Shown: in pieces, positions 34,201 through 41,210 of the stretch | Layout: each line of letters opens with the position of its first letter | Position numbering within the stretch: the stretch's first letter is position 1 | IMG/VR virus record: IMGVR_UViG_3300049989_000072 | Coordinates: 1-54,989 of that record | Direction: 5' to 3' (one strand) | Origin: a virus | DNA: 54,989 bases | Made by a program: the position numbers and the translations under genes | Notes under the pieces: model-generated | Told to the model about the DNA's origin: nothing | The model's database searches: none | What the model saw: the letters and a program-made list of their open reading frames with translations, nothing else

Positions 34201-35065
34201 GTCCTACGCGCTGAAGATCGCCATCAACATCGTGTACGGTCTTACCTCTGCCTCGTTCCCGAATCCCTTCAAGGACCCGAACAACATCGACAACATCGTC
34301 GCCAAGCGCGGCGCGCTGTTCATGGTGCTGCTCAAGCAGTTCGTCCAGGACAAGGGATATTCTGCCATCCACATCAAGACCGACTCGATCAAGATCCCGA
34401 ACGCCAATCCGGAGATCATCGACGCTGTCATGGAGTTCGGGCAGGAGTACGGCTACATCTTCGAGCACGAGGAGACGTACCAGAAGATCGCACTCGTCAA
34501 CGATGCGGTCTACATCGCGAAGACCAAGGACGGGCGTAAGCCCGCGCACTGGACCGCTACCGGCGCCCAGTTCCAGCACCCTTACGTCTTCAAGACCCTG
34601 TTCAGCGGCGAGGAGGTCGTGTTCCGCGACTTCTGCGAGGCGAAGCAGGTCACCGGCGCGATGTACCTGGACTACTCGGCAGGCGACGACCTGGAGGAGA
34701 CCGCCACGGCTCGGAAGTCTCGGAAGAAGGTTCCCGAGATGGTCGAGTCGAACGAGGAGCTCGAGGTCCCGATGTACCTGGAGGCTGAGGAGAAGGAGGC
34801 TGACGTCACCGAGGGGCTCACGTTCATCGGCAAGGTCGGACTCTTCGTCCCCGTGCTCAAGGGTGGCGCCAAGCTCGTGCGCGTCAAGGACAACAAGCTG
34901 TACGCGGTGGGTGGCACCAAGGGCTACCGCTGGGCTGAGGCAGACACGTTCGAGCAGGGTGGCAACATGGATGACATCGACATGTCATATTTCATGGCCC
35001 TCGCGGAGGCAGCTCGGAAGAACATCGAGCGCTTCGGTTCCTTCGAGGAGCTCGTCGATGCCTGA
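31202..35065 (+). CDS. replicase fusion: SF3 (D5-like) helicase + AEP primase-polymerase + family B DNA polymerase
   Basis: Walker A is VLYGAAGKGKST and Walker B-like is LVAIQHDGD. AEP motifs are IVIDFDLVD and SKSGGGVHLHY. PolB exonuclease motifs are FFDVEVFPN, YNCRRYDNHIL and YCDNDVLS. Polymerase motifs are LDIQSMHPAS, KIAINIVYG and IHIKTDSI. Confidence 0.8.
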   Translation: MDFYTIKEVLQKNGVIEIFPDFKVTRSSDLMVRGKSFYAVWDEERGLWSTDEYDVQRLVDEHLWRHRNSKTDGVYSVKLMSDFSSGVWRQFKNYMTLVSDHYIQLDQDLTFSNTEVKKTDYVSKRLPYPLVTGDISAYDELIGTLYNEDERAKLEWAIGAVIAGDAKSIQKFLVLYGAAGKGKSTMLNIIMKLTEGYHTTFEAKALTSAGNQFAMEMFGNNPLVAIQHDGDLSRIEDNTRLNSIVAHEDMLINAKFKAPYTAAVMAFLFMGTNKPVKITDAKSGIIRRLIDVQPSGNMLPFKRYQALMSQIDFELGAIAHHCLSIYRSMGKDYYGKYQPTEMMLQTDVFYNFIESYFDVFMEQDGVQLAQAYKMYKEFADDSNLEFKLPLHKFREELKNYFGGYVDRGFVDGVRVRSYYTDFQRDKFRPQIEDTASFSLVLDETTSIFDQMFADRPAQYEKENGSPTDFWENVKTTLADLDTSQTHYVKVPVNHIVIDFDLVDDEGNKSLEKNLEAASKWPATYAEFSKSGGGVHLHYNYTEDPTQLGRIYDDHIEIKVYEGGAALRRRLSHCNNVPVATLNGGLPLKEKKKMLTDQTIQSERALRNLIMRNLRKEIHPGTKPSVDFIHKILSDAYEQGLTYDISDLQPAIMSFAANSNNQAAACLKLVAQMKFKSAVPSDGSPDAAVSLKDDRLVFFDVEVFPNVLMINWKFRGSPTIVRMINPSPEQVEELFKLKLVGYNCRRYDNHILYARSMGYSIEQVYKKSQEMITQGKGYFAEAYNLSYVDIYDFASKKQSLKKWQVELGLKHQELGEPWDEPLDESKWEKASLYCDNDVLSTEAVFENRHGDFVARQILADLSGLPVNSSTQQHTARIIFGRDREPQQKFIYTNLALEFPGYDFDLKRPRGEWSMFHGEAVGEGGYVYAEPGIYEDVAVLDIQSMHPASLIELEHFGPYTERFDMLRKARVAIKHGDYASARKMFDGKLEPHLEDESTAEDLSYALKIAINIVYGLTSASFPNPFKDPNNIDNIVAKRGALFMVLLKQFVQDKGYSAIHIKTDSIKIPNANPEIIDAVMEFGQEYGYIFEHEETYQKIALVNDAVYIAKTKDGRKPAHWTATGAQFQHPYVFKTLFSGEEVVFRDFCEAKQVTGAMYLDYSAGDDLEETATARKSRKKVPEMVESNEELEVPMYLEAEEKEADVTEGLTFIGKVGLFVPVLKGGAKLVRVKDNKLYAVGGTKGYRWAEADTFEQGGNMDDIDMSYFMALAEAARKNIERFGSFEELVDA

Positions 35066-35390
35066 AGAGAAGAGTGGTGCGAGCGAGACGGCTGCTGACG
35101 GTCTCACGTTCGACGACTTCACGGTCGACCAACCTCTGAAGTTCGCGGGACGGGCGCTGGCAGATCGTCAGCGTACCGTCCCGGTGTTCCCCTACCCACT
35201 TCCGGCTAGGAATCTCTACACCAATGAGGTGGGCACCGCGTTCGGTACAGCAACCATCGATCTCGAGTCGGGCGAGATCGTCATCAAGCTCGGAAACGGA
35301 CCCGATGCCGAGCAGATCAAACAGAACCTGAGGACCATGCAGGAGTTCTACTTGTCTGGCCTCCATATTCGAGAGGACATGCGACCATGA
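35058..35390 (+). CDS. hypothetical protein
   Basis: 110-aa ORF. The ATG overlaps the polymerase stop (ATGCCTGA). Confidence 0.45.
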   Translation: MPEEKSGASETAADGLTFDDFTVDQPLKFAGRALADRQRTVPVFPYPLPARNLYTNEVGTAFGTATIDLESGEIVIKLGNGPDAEQIKQNLRTMQEFYLSGLHIREDMRP

Positions 35391-35704
35391 CCGAAGATTC
35401 CGAGCTGAAGGGCGTCGGAGACGAGCTAGTCTTCGAGGAGATGTTCATCCCGGAGCCCGAGGGCCCCCGAGTCGAGATCCATCTGCCGAACGGAGACGAG
35501 ACCCGACACGTCGGATACGGGATCCTCGACGAGGTGGGTGAGGTCATCGCGCTCATCCCTCGTGACGGCGATCGCAAGGGCGTGGAGTTCATCGAGCTGA
35601 TCGAGCGCCGCGCCGAGATGATCGTGAAGAACCCCGACTACCCGGACGAGATCCAGGGTCCGGAGATCCCGTTCGATTCCGGCGAGGTCCTCGAGGAGCA
35701 GTAA
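35387..35704 (+). CDS. acidic hypothetical protein
   Basis: 105-aa ORF with a coupled start (ATGA). Confidence 0.45.
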   Translation: MTEDSELKGVGDELVFEEMFIPEPEGPRVEIHLPNGDETRHVGYGILDEVGEVIALIPRDGDRKGVEFIELIERRAEMIVKNPDYPDEIQGPEIPFDSGEVLEEQ

Positions 35705-35708
35705 GCTT

Positions 35709-35742
35709 CCTCGCAAAAACCACACACCCCATAGTGAGAGCC
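35709..35742 (+). promoter_or_regulatory. promoter-like motif P7 (CCTCGCAAAAACCACACACCCCATAGTGAGAGCC)
   Basis: Same register with a CATAGT hexamer; precedes the SSB-like gene (ATG 35788). Confidence 0.5.
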
Positions 35743-35787
35743 GCCCCGGCTTTCATATTTTCATCTCACAACCAAGGAGAACAAGAG

Positions 35788-36267
35788 ATGGCACAGGCAC
35801 AGCGACGAAGCACCACCCTCGAGAACGTCCCCCTGATGTTCCGCAACTTCGCCGGCGAAGCTCGGCAGTTCAACGACGAGGGCAAGCGCAACTTCCACAT
35901 CTTCCTCGAGCCCGAGGTGGCGGAGGCGATGGCCCGCGACGGCTGGAACGTCAAGAACCTCAAGCCGAAGGACGAGGACGATCTCGTCGGTCAGGCGCAC
36001 CTGAAGGTCCTCGTGAACTTCAAGGGTCGTCCGCCGCAGATCTACATGGTGACGAGCAAGAAGAAGACCAAGCTCGACGAGGACACGGTGATGCTCCTCG
36101 ACACGGCGGACATCATCCGCGCCGACGTCACGATCAACCAGTACGAGTTCGACCCCCAGGGTCAGCCCGGAAAGTTCACGGCGTACTGCGACGTGCTCTA
36201 CGCGACCATCCGCGAGTCCGAGCTCGACATGAAGTACGACGAGCTGCCCGACGCAATCGCCGGCTAG
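35788..36267 (+). CDS. putative ssDNA-binding protein (OB-fold, acidic tail)
   Basis: P7 lies upstream, AAGGAGAACAAGAG precedes the ATG and a hairpin follows. 159 aa. 'FRNFAGEA..F...GKRNFHIFL', '..HLKVLVNF' and the acidic C-terminus ESELDMKYDELPDAIAG resemble phage SSBs (gp2.5/DUF2815-like). Confidence 0.4.
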   Translation: MAQAQRRSTTLENVPLMFRNFAGEARQFNDEGKRNFHIFLEPEVAEAMARDGWNVKNLKPKDEDDLVGQAHLKVLVNFKGRPPQIYMVTSKKKTKLDEDTVMLLDTADIIRADVTINQYEFDPQGQPGKFTAYCDVLYATIRESELDMKYDELPDAIAG

Positions 36268-36278
36268 CAGCAACAACT

Positions 36279-36316
36279 CAGGTGGGGCCTCGAAGTGGTT
36301 GTCGGGGTCCCACCTG
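36279..36316 (+). terminator. hairpin after the SSB-like gene
   Basis: CAGGTGGG ... CCCACCTG with additional inner pairs, followed by TCATATTCTCTTT. Confidence 0.5.
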
Positions 36317-36317
36317 T

Positions 36318-36340
36318 CATATTCTCTTTGAAAGGAGAAC
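36318..36340 (+). promoter_or_regulatory. conserved initiation motif copy (CATATTCTCTTTGAAAGGAGAAC)
   Basis: 4 nt before ATG 36345. Confidence 0.65.
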
Positions 36341-36344
36341 GAAC

Positions 36345-36518
36345 ATGTTCGTGTTCAAGCGTAAGAAGCCCAACCCCATCCGCGAGTTCTTCATCCAGCT
36401 CTTCGACAAGGATGCTCACAAGAAGGCCAAGAAGAAGTACCTGAAGAACCTCGACAAGACCGCCAAGAAGCATCTGAAGAGGACGAAGCGCGGTCTCAAG
36501 AAGTGGGGTAAGCGATGA
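36345..36518 (+). CDS. small lysine-rich protein
   Basis: CATATTCTCTTTGAAAGGAGAAC motif lies 4 nt upstream. 57 aa, K-rich. Confidence 0.45.
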   Translation: MFVFKRKKPNPIREFFIQLFDKDAHKKAKKKYLKNLDKTAKKHLKRTKRGLKKWGKR

Positions 36519-36567
36519 GCACCAAGGACGAGAAGATCGCCGAGATCCGACGCGATCGGATGAACTA

Positions 36568-37044
36568 GTGGCCTACACGCGTCACGGACACCAGATCGAG
36601 GGCACGCCCGTTGTCCTCCCAAGCCCCCCGAAGGCCCGCTGTGGTGGGCCTAAGCTGTGCGCGCAGTGCAGCTTGGACGTCGGGATATTTCATCGAGACC
36701 TGATGACTCACACCAAGGAGAAGCCCATGAACATCCTCACCATCGAGAACAAGGTGACCCAGAAGGAGGCGATGCTCTTCGACGGGTCCGACTCGGATCT
36801 GCATGCCGTCTACCTGTGGATCGAACGAAACCTCGGTTCGTACGACTACACCGCAACCGACGAGAACGGGAAGCGCATCATCGGTGAGGGCGTGACCATC
36901 CGTCCCGAGGACGGCGCCTTCCTCATCGGCACTCTCGAGGGTGAGATGGAGATCTCCCGAGGCGACTACGTCATCAAGGGTCTCGAGGGTGAGTTCTATC
37001 CCTGCAAGCCGGGCATCTTCGCCAACTCCTACAACATCGTCTGA
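36568..37044 (+). CDS. hypothetical protein; N-terminal 'RHGHQIEGT...CGGPKLCAQC' module plus a PGDYG-like C-terminal domain
   Basis: The frame is open from GTG 36568. An internal ATG at 36727 with AAGGAGAAGCCC could start a separate product. The C-terminus is 'RGDYVIKGLEGEFYPCKPGIFANSYNIV'. Confidence 0.45.
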   Translation: MAYTRHGHQIEGTPVVLPSPPKARCGGPKLCAQCSLDVGIFHRDLMTHTKEKPMNILTIENKVTQKEAMLFDGSDSDLHAVYLWIERNLGSYDYTATDENGKRIIGEGVTIRPEDGAFLIGTLEGEMEISRGDYVIKGLEGEFYPCKPGIFANSYNIV

Positions 37045-37066
37045 ACTACCAAGGAATCATATTTCA

Positions 37067-37339
37067 ATGGCACTGATCAACCACCAGTCCGAGACCGAAG
37101 TGATCCTCCGAGAGGACCTGGAGGATCGCTTCACCCTGATGTTCGACGATGTCGACGTGGTCAAGAAGCAGGAGGAGAAGGTCGACGGCCAGCTCACCTA
37201 CCTCGAGGTCTTCCGAGACCGCATCGTCAAGACAGCGGAGAAGCTCAACAAGGACGTACACGACTCCAGGGAGAAGTCGCTCGCGCTCACCAAGCTCGAG
37301 GAGGCTCTCATGTGGTCGGAGAAGGCGATCCTGAAGTGA
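37067..37339 (+). CDS. small helical hypothetical protein
   Basis: 90 aa with 'SREKSLALTKLEEALMWSEKAILK'. Confidence 0.45.
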   Translation: MALINHQSETEVILREDLEDRFTLMFDDVDVVKKQEEKVDGQLTYLEVFRDRIVKTAEKLNKDVHDSREKSLALTKLEEALMWSEKAILK

Positions 37340-37644
37340 GTCGCAAGAAGAAGTACAAGAAGTCTGATCGGTTCCAGGGCGATTCGATCCAGTTCTGGGG
37401 AGGTAGGGAGTCCGGCGCCGCGGTGGTCTCCTTCCTGAAGGGCTATGGCATTCGTGCCAAGTTCTTCCCCGCCAAGGACGATCGCCCCGACATCGTGATG
37501 GCAATCCCCAGGCTCGGCTCCACCTATCGCATCGACATCGGAGACGGCGTCATGGTGGATACGAACAAGCAGCTCCACGTGATCCTCAAGGTGGAGAAGG
37601 ATGAGCTGGAGGAGTCAGGTGTCTCTGATCCCGACATTCCGTGA
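37336..37644 (+). CDS. PGDYG-like small domain protein (paralog family)
   Basis: GTG overlaps the upstream stop (GTGA). 'SIQFWGGRESGAAVVSFL....RIDIGDGVMVDTNKQLHVI' follows the family pattern. Confidence 0.4.
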   Translation: MSRKKKYKKSDRFQGDSIQFWGGRESGAAVVSFLKGYGIRAKFFPAKDDRPDIVMAIPRLGSTYRIDIGDGVMVDTNKQLHVILKVEKDELEESGVSDPDIP

Positions 37645-37903
37645 GGTGATCTCGACCTCTCAGGCGGTGCAGTATACCGGAGAAGAGAAGCAGACAGAGA
37701 TCCTGCTGCAATTCTTCAAGGATTGCCGGCTCGAGGCCGAGTTCTTCCCACAGGGAGAAGTCCAGTCCATAAAGTCCGACGCCATTTTCGTGGACACCAA
37801 GCTCGGATACGAGCCGCTTCGTGTCGATGACTACGTGGTCGTCGACTGCCACAATCTCGTTCGCATCGTGCCCTGTCACGAGTTCGAGACCAACTACGTG
37901 TAG
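37601..37903 (+). CDS. PGDYG-like small domain protein (paralog family)
   Basis: 'AVQYTGEEKQTEILLQFF......LRVDDYVVVDCHNLVRIVPCHEFETNYV'. GTG 37619 after GGAGGAG is an alternative start. Confidence 0.4.
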   Translation: MSWRSQVSLIPTFREVISTSQAVQYTGEEKQTEILLQFFKDCRLEAEFFPQGEVQSIKSDAIFVDTKLGYEPLRVDDYVVVDCHNLVRIVPCHEFETNYV

Positions 37904-37905
37904 GG

Positions 37906-38142
37906 ATGGCTAACCCATTCACTTGGGTGCATATTCCTGCACATGAGATCCAGCAAGGCGACTCTATTGTGGTCGGCGGCAGAATGGTGCACATCATCAC
38001 GCCTCCGACCCGAGAGTCGATTGATCACGGGGGAATCCTCCTCGTGGCCAACAAGTCAGAAACAGGGACTGATCCTCAGTTCATGCTGATTGTTCCTGTC
38101 AACAACATCACTCGCGTCAGACGACGCACCATCCATATTTAG
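37906..38142 (+). CDS. small hypothetical protein ('W..I..GD.V.VGG' family)
   Basis: 78 aa with 'WVHIPAHEIQQGDSIVVGGRMVHIITP'. Confidence 0.4.
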   Translation: MANPFTWVHIPAHEIQQGDSIVVGGRMVHIITPPTRESIDHGGILLVANKSETGTDPQFMLIVPVNNITRVRRRTIHI

Positions 38143-38151
38143 GAGATCAGG

Positions 38152-38709
38152 ATGACCAACGACATCAAGACCCTCGTCAAGAACGGGCCCGCCTTCTTCG
38201 GTGTGCTCTTCGACGGCACCAACGCCAAGGAGATCGCACTCAAGCTGCGCGAGATCGTGGCAGACAACGATCTTCGGGTCGGTGTGTTCTACTCCAAGAG
38301 CTGGATCAAGCTCGAGTCGGACATCGACGACACCAAGGTCATCATCAAGAAGGACACGTGGGTCCTCTGGAACGAGATCGGCATCAAGACCGTCGCCAAG
38401 GAGGTGTTCGAGGCGGAGTTCAAGCGCTCCAACCCTCGCGCCAAGAAGTCCCCCGCAAGGTACGTGAAGCACCTGGGCGAGGGCTACAACGCGATCCAGT
38501 TCACCGGCAAGAACTCGACCGACGTCGCTCAGTTCGCTCGCGAGCACGGCGTCCACTCTCGAGCAGGTGGTTCCTACGTCCGATTCCAGCCGGCAGGCGA
38601 GGAGAAGGTCAACATCCAGAAGGGTGAGTGGCTCGGGTTCCCGATCGACGGCTCGGGCTGGTTCATCGGGTCGCAGGCCGAGGTCGCCTCGCGCTTCCGG
38701 ATCGGCTAG
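38152..38709 (+). CDS. tandem double PGDYG-like domain protein
   Basis: TTTAGGAGATCAGG precedes the ATG. The two halves ('FGVLFDGTNAKEIALKL...KKDTWVLWN' and 'AIQFTGKNSTDVAQFA...QKGEWLGFPIDGSGWF') repeat the family pattern. Confidence 0.45.
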   Translation: MTNDIKTLVKNGPAFFGVLFDGTNAKEIALKLREIVADNDLRVGVFYSKSWIKLESDIDDTKVIIKKDTWVLWNEIGIKTVAKEVFEAEFKRSNPRAKKSPARYVKHLGEGYNAIQFTGKNSTDVAQFAREHGVHSRAGGSYVRFQPAGEEKVNIQKGEWLGFPIDGSGWFIGSQAEVASRFRIG

Positions 38710-38716
38710 ACGTCAT

Positions 38717-38860
38717 ATTTGGTGATGGGGGACTCGTCTTGGTAGGCGGGCGATTGTTCGGCGCTTAGGTGTGCCGACTTAGGTCTATAAACAACGCATG
38801 CAGCAGCACGAAGGGGATACAACCGCGCGTGGACTGCACTTGCCTGTCCCATCACCAAAT
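38717..38860. repeat. 144-bp intergenic element bounded by perfect 13-bp inverted repeats
   Basis: ATTTGGTGATGGG (38717-38729) and CCCATCACCAAAT (38848-38860). The interior has a CTTAGGT direct repeat and GC-rich short palindromes. Confidence 0.7.
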
Positions 38861-38878
38861 CCGACAGAAGGAGAAATC

Positions 38879-39220
38879 ATGGCACTCGCCATCGTCCCTG
38901 CCCGACCGAAGAAGGCCCTCGAAGCTGTGATCTACAGCGGCTACACGCAGGACCTCAACAACGTCGATGACGTGATCGCGTGGATCGCCAAGAATGGTGG
39001 AAGCGCGCAGATTCGGACCAATCGCCCCAAGCCCAACGCCCCCGACGGAACGCTCGGACCGGACAAGAACCCGGTTCTGACGGTCTTCGAGGGCAACGGA
39101 ACCCGGTCGTTCCAGCTGAAGGCCGGAAAGGTCGTCGTGGCGACGGCTCCGGGTCGATTCCGCATTCTGACCACGGCTCAGTTCACCACGGAGTACACCT
39201 ACACGGACGAGGAGGAGTAA
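38879..39220 (+). CDS. PGDYG-like small domain protein (paralog family)
   Basis: GAAGGAGAAATC precedes the ATG. 'AVIYSGYTQDLNNVDDVIAWI....LKAGKVVVATAPGRFRILTTAQFTTEYTY'. A perfect 13-bp hairpin follows. Confidence 0.45.
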   Translation: MALAIVPARPKKALEAVIYSGYTQDLNNVDDVIAWIAKNGGSAQIRTNRPKPNAPDGTLGPDKNPVLTVFEGNGTRSFQLKAGKVVVATAPGRFRILTTAQFTTEYTYTDEEE

Positions 39221-39237
39221 TCCTCTTCACGCCGTAA

Positions 39238-39277
39238 AGAACGGGGGCGATCTCTTCACCGGGGTCGCCCCCGTTCT
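39238..39277 (+). terminator. intrinsic terminator
   Basis: Perfect 13-bp stem AGAACGGGGGCGA / TCGCCCCCGTTCT followed by TCTCTCTTTG. Confidence 0.75.
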
Positions 39278-39296
39278 TCTCTCTTTGAAATGAGAA
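39277..39296 (+). promoter_or_regulatory. degenerate initiation motif copy (TTCTCTCTTTGAAATGAGAA)
   Basis: 2 nt before ATG 39299; GGAG is replaced by TGAG. Confidence 0.4.
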
Positions 39297-39298
39297 TT

Positions 39299-39655
39299 AT
39301 GGGTCACGTCCACATCAACAATCCCGAATACCCGCACTCCCAGGACATGCTCGACTTCAAAGGCATGCCTATCCCCCGATGGCTGCATGAGCAAATCACA
39401 CAGTCGTACAAGGAGCACATGATGCGCACCGCATCCAAGCGAAGCCTCACCGAGTTGCTCGACGCCGCCAAGAGCATCGACTTCTCGTCCCCTGGATCGT
39501 TCTTCATCTCCGATGACGAGCTCTCCTCAATGTCGAAGTCAGATCGAGCCAAGCTCGGTCGAATCATGTACCACGGTGTCGGCAAGATCGTCGGCGCCTT
39601 CCTCGCTAAGGACAAGACCGACTCGGGACTCGTTGTCTCGTGGGGTCAGTCCTGA
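39299..39655 (+). CDS. hypothetical protein
   Basis: 118-aa ORF after a degenerate TTCTCTCTTTGAAATGAGAA motif. Confidence 0.45.
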   Translation: MGHVHINNPEYPHSQDMLDFKGMPIPRWLHEQITQSYKEHMMRTASKRSLTELLDAAKSIDFSSPGSFFISDDELSSMSKSDRAKLGRIMYHGVGKIVGAFLAKDKTDSGLVVSWGQS

Positions 39656-39671
39656 TATTTAGGAGAATCCC

Positions 39672-39872
39672 ATGCTCGAACTCACACTCACCGTTCTGCT
39701 CACGATCCTCATCATCGTGGTGATCATCGCCGCACTCGTCGGAGGCATTGCGCTCATCTTTTGGCTCGTTCGAGTCGTGGTGGACGAGTCGTGGCGCATC
39801 CGATACCGCCGCAATGTCACGCATCAGCACTTCAACGTCTACAACACCACACCGGCTGCGAAGGAGGAGTGA
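39672..39872 (+). CDS. small membrane protein
   Basis: TTTAGGAGAATCCC precedes the ATG. TM segment is LTLTVLLTILIIVVIIAALVGGIALIFWLV. Confidence 0.55.
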   Translation: MLELTLTVLLTILIIVVIIAALVGGIALIFWLVRVVVDESWRIRYRRNVTHQHFNVYNTTPAAKEE

Positions 39873-40222
39873 TGCTCGACAACGCCTATATTCGCATCGA
39901 CGACATCATCACGATCACTCGGGGCAAGTCCGAGATCATCGTCATCGAGACGGACGAGCTGCACGAGAAGCTGCAGGCTATCGGCAAGTCGGAGGCGCAG
40001 TTCTTCGATCATGTCACAATGCTGGCGGAGGTCGTTGGGATCAGCGTCGAGATCGTTCGGGACTCGGATGAGGAGCGGTTTATTTTCCGCACCACCCCGG
40101 GCAAGACCAAGCGTCGCAGCAAGTGGGTCTCGGACCTGTCTCCGTGGCAGATCATCGTCTACTACACCGCCGGCGTTCTCACGGCAAACCTCGTGCACCT
40201 GGTGTTCCTGTGGACGAGCTAG
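39872..40222 (+). CDS. hypothetical protein with a C-terminal TM helix
   Basis: GAAGGAGGAGTG precedes the ATG (coupled). The C-terminus is WQIIVYYTAGVLTANLVHLVFLW. Confidence 0.5.
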   Translation: MLDNAYIRIDDIITITRGKSEIIVIETDELHEKLQAIGKSEAQFFDHVTMLAEVVGISVEIVRDSDEERFIFRTTPGKTKRRSKWVSDLSPWQIIVYYTAGVLTANLVHLVFLWTS

Positions 40223-40458
40223 AGTTCCTTTCGCGATTCCCGGAGACGGTCGAGAAGAAGGGGGAAGTCTTTCTCACGAACGACGAGATGGCTTCCCTCA
40301 CCTTCCGACTTGAGCCCGTTATGCAGAGAGTTGTTGCCCGCGTCAAGGCCCAACACAACATCGCCGTTTCTGTCTGGTCAACGCGAAAGGTCAACGCGTT
40401 CCTACAACACGGCGTTTCCCTCTGCTGGGGACCCACCCCTCCTCGCAGCAAGAAGTAA
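40210..40458 (+). CDS. hypothetical protein
   Basis: 82 codons from GTG 40210, in the frame of track ORF 40123. The start is uncertain. Confidence 0.35.
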   Translation: MDELEFLSRFPETVEKKGEVFLTNDEMASLTFRLEPVMQRVVARVKAQHNIAVSVWSTRKVNAFLQHGVSLCWGPTPPRSKK

Positions 40459-40463
40459 CCCCC

Positions 40464-40480
40464 TCTCTTGAAAGGAGACC
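40464..40480 (+). promoter_or_regulatory. conserved initiation motif copy (TCTCTTGAAAGGAGACC)
   Basis: 4 nt before ATG 40485. Confidence 0.6.
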
Positions 40481-40484
40481 AAAG

Positions 40485-40652
40485 ATGGACGTCATTCTTT
40501 TCTTGGCCGCGTACGCAGTTCTGCTCGTGGCTTTTCTTCTGTCTTTCTGGATGAATCTTCGTCTATCCAAGGAAGTCAAGCGCTTGACATTCAGGAACCG
40601 CTACCTCGAGGCCTACAAGTCCTCGGTCGAAAGCATTGAGAGGCTTCGGTGA
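40485..40652 (+). CDS. small membrane protein (55 aa)
   Basis: TCTCTTGAAAGGAGACC motif lies 4 nt upstream. TM segment is VILFLAAYAVLLVAFLLSFW. Confidence 0.5.
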   Translation: MDVILFLAAYAVLLVAFLLSFWMNLRLSKEVKRLTFRNRYLEAYKSSVESIERLR

Positions 40653-40954
40653 CAGTCAACATCAGACACACGATCAAGGTCGGCGATCTCGTCACGCTGG
40701 TCAAGGGTGAGGCCAACTACACCACGCTCAGCCCTGACGAGATCCAGACCATCGCGAAGTGCTCCAAGAAGCAGATGTTCCAGGCACTCGAAGACTCAGC
40801 GGAGCAGCTGGACCTGACCATCGACATCACTCCCGAGGAAGACGGCTGGTGGGACGTCAAGTGGTTCCCCAAGGAGACCTCACGCCTGGGGAAGTTCTTC
40901 AGGAAGTCGATCTGGAAGCGGACGAAGCAGGTGAGCTACGGCTATGGAATCTGA
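40649..40954 (+). CDS. hypothetical protein
   Basis: 101-aa ORF. GTG overlaps the upstream stop (GTGA). Confidence 0.4.
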   Translation: MTVNIRHTIKVGDLVTLVKGEANYTTLSPDEIQTIAKCSKKQMFQALEDSAEQLDLTIDITPEEDGWWDVKWFPKETSRLGKFFRKSIWKRTKQVSYGYGI

Positions 40955-41210
40955 GCAGATCTGGTCGTGGGTTCTCGGTGCCATCGGAATCTGCGGCTTC
41001 ATCCTTGCCGGCCGGAAGGTGTGGTGGGCGTGGTACATCAACATCGCCAACCAGTTCATCTGGCTGGCATATTCCATCGTGACCCAGCAGTGGGGCTTCC
41101 TCGTGCTCTCGGTGTTCTACTTCATCGTGTTCTCGAAGAACGCGTACGACTGGACCAAAGAGCATTTTGGACGAGCCCCTCACTCTCGCGTCGATGACGG
41201 AGAGCGCTGA
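40944..41210 (+). CDS. 3-TM membrane protein, PnuC-like (tentative)
   Basis: 'WSWVLGAIGICGFILAGRKVWWAWYINIANQFIWLAYSIVTQQWGFLVLSVFYFIV' resembles the PnuC-like small membrane proteins common in actinophages. Confidence 0.35.
   Translation: MESEQIWSWVLGAIGICGFILAGRKVWWAWYINIANQFIWLAYSIVTQQWGFLVLSVFYFIVFSKNAYDWTKEHFGRAPHSRVDDGER

Noticed and set aside
36515-36567. A 17-codon ORF (MSTKDEKIAEIRRDRMN) between the 36345 and 36568 genes.
   Set aside because: It is too short to support without expression data.
38798-38878. The upstream ATG (38798) as the start of the 38879 gene.
   Set aside because: It has no SD and lies inside the inverted-repeat element. ATG 38879 has GAAGGAGAAATC directly upstream.
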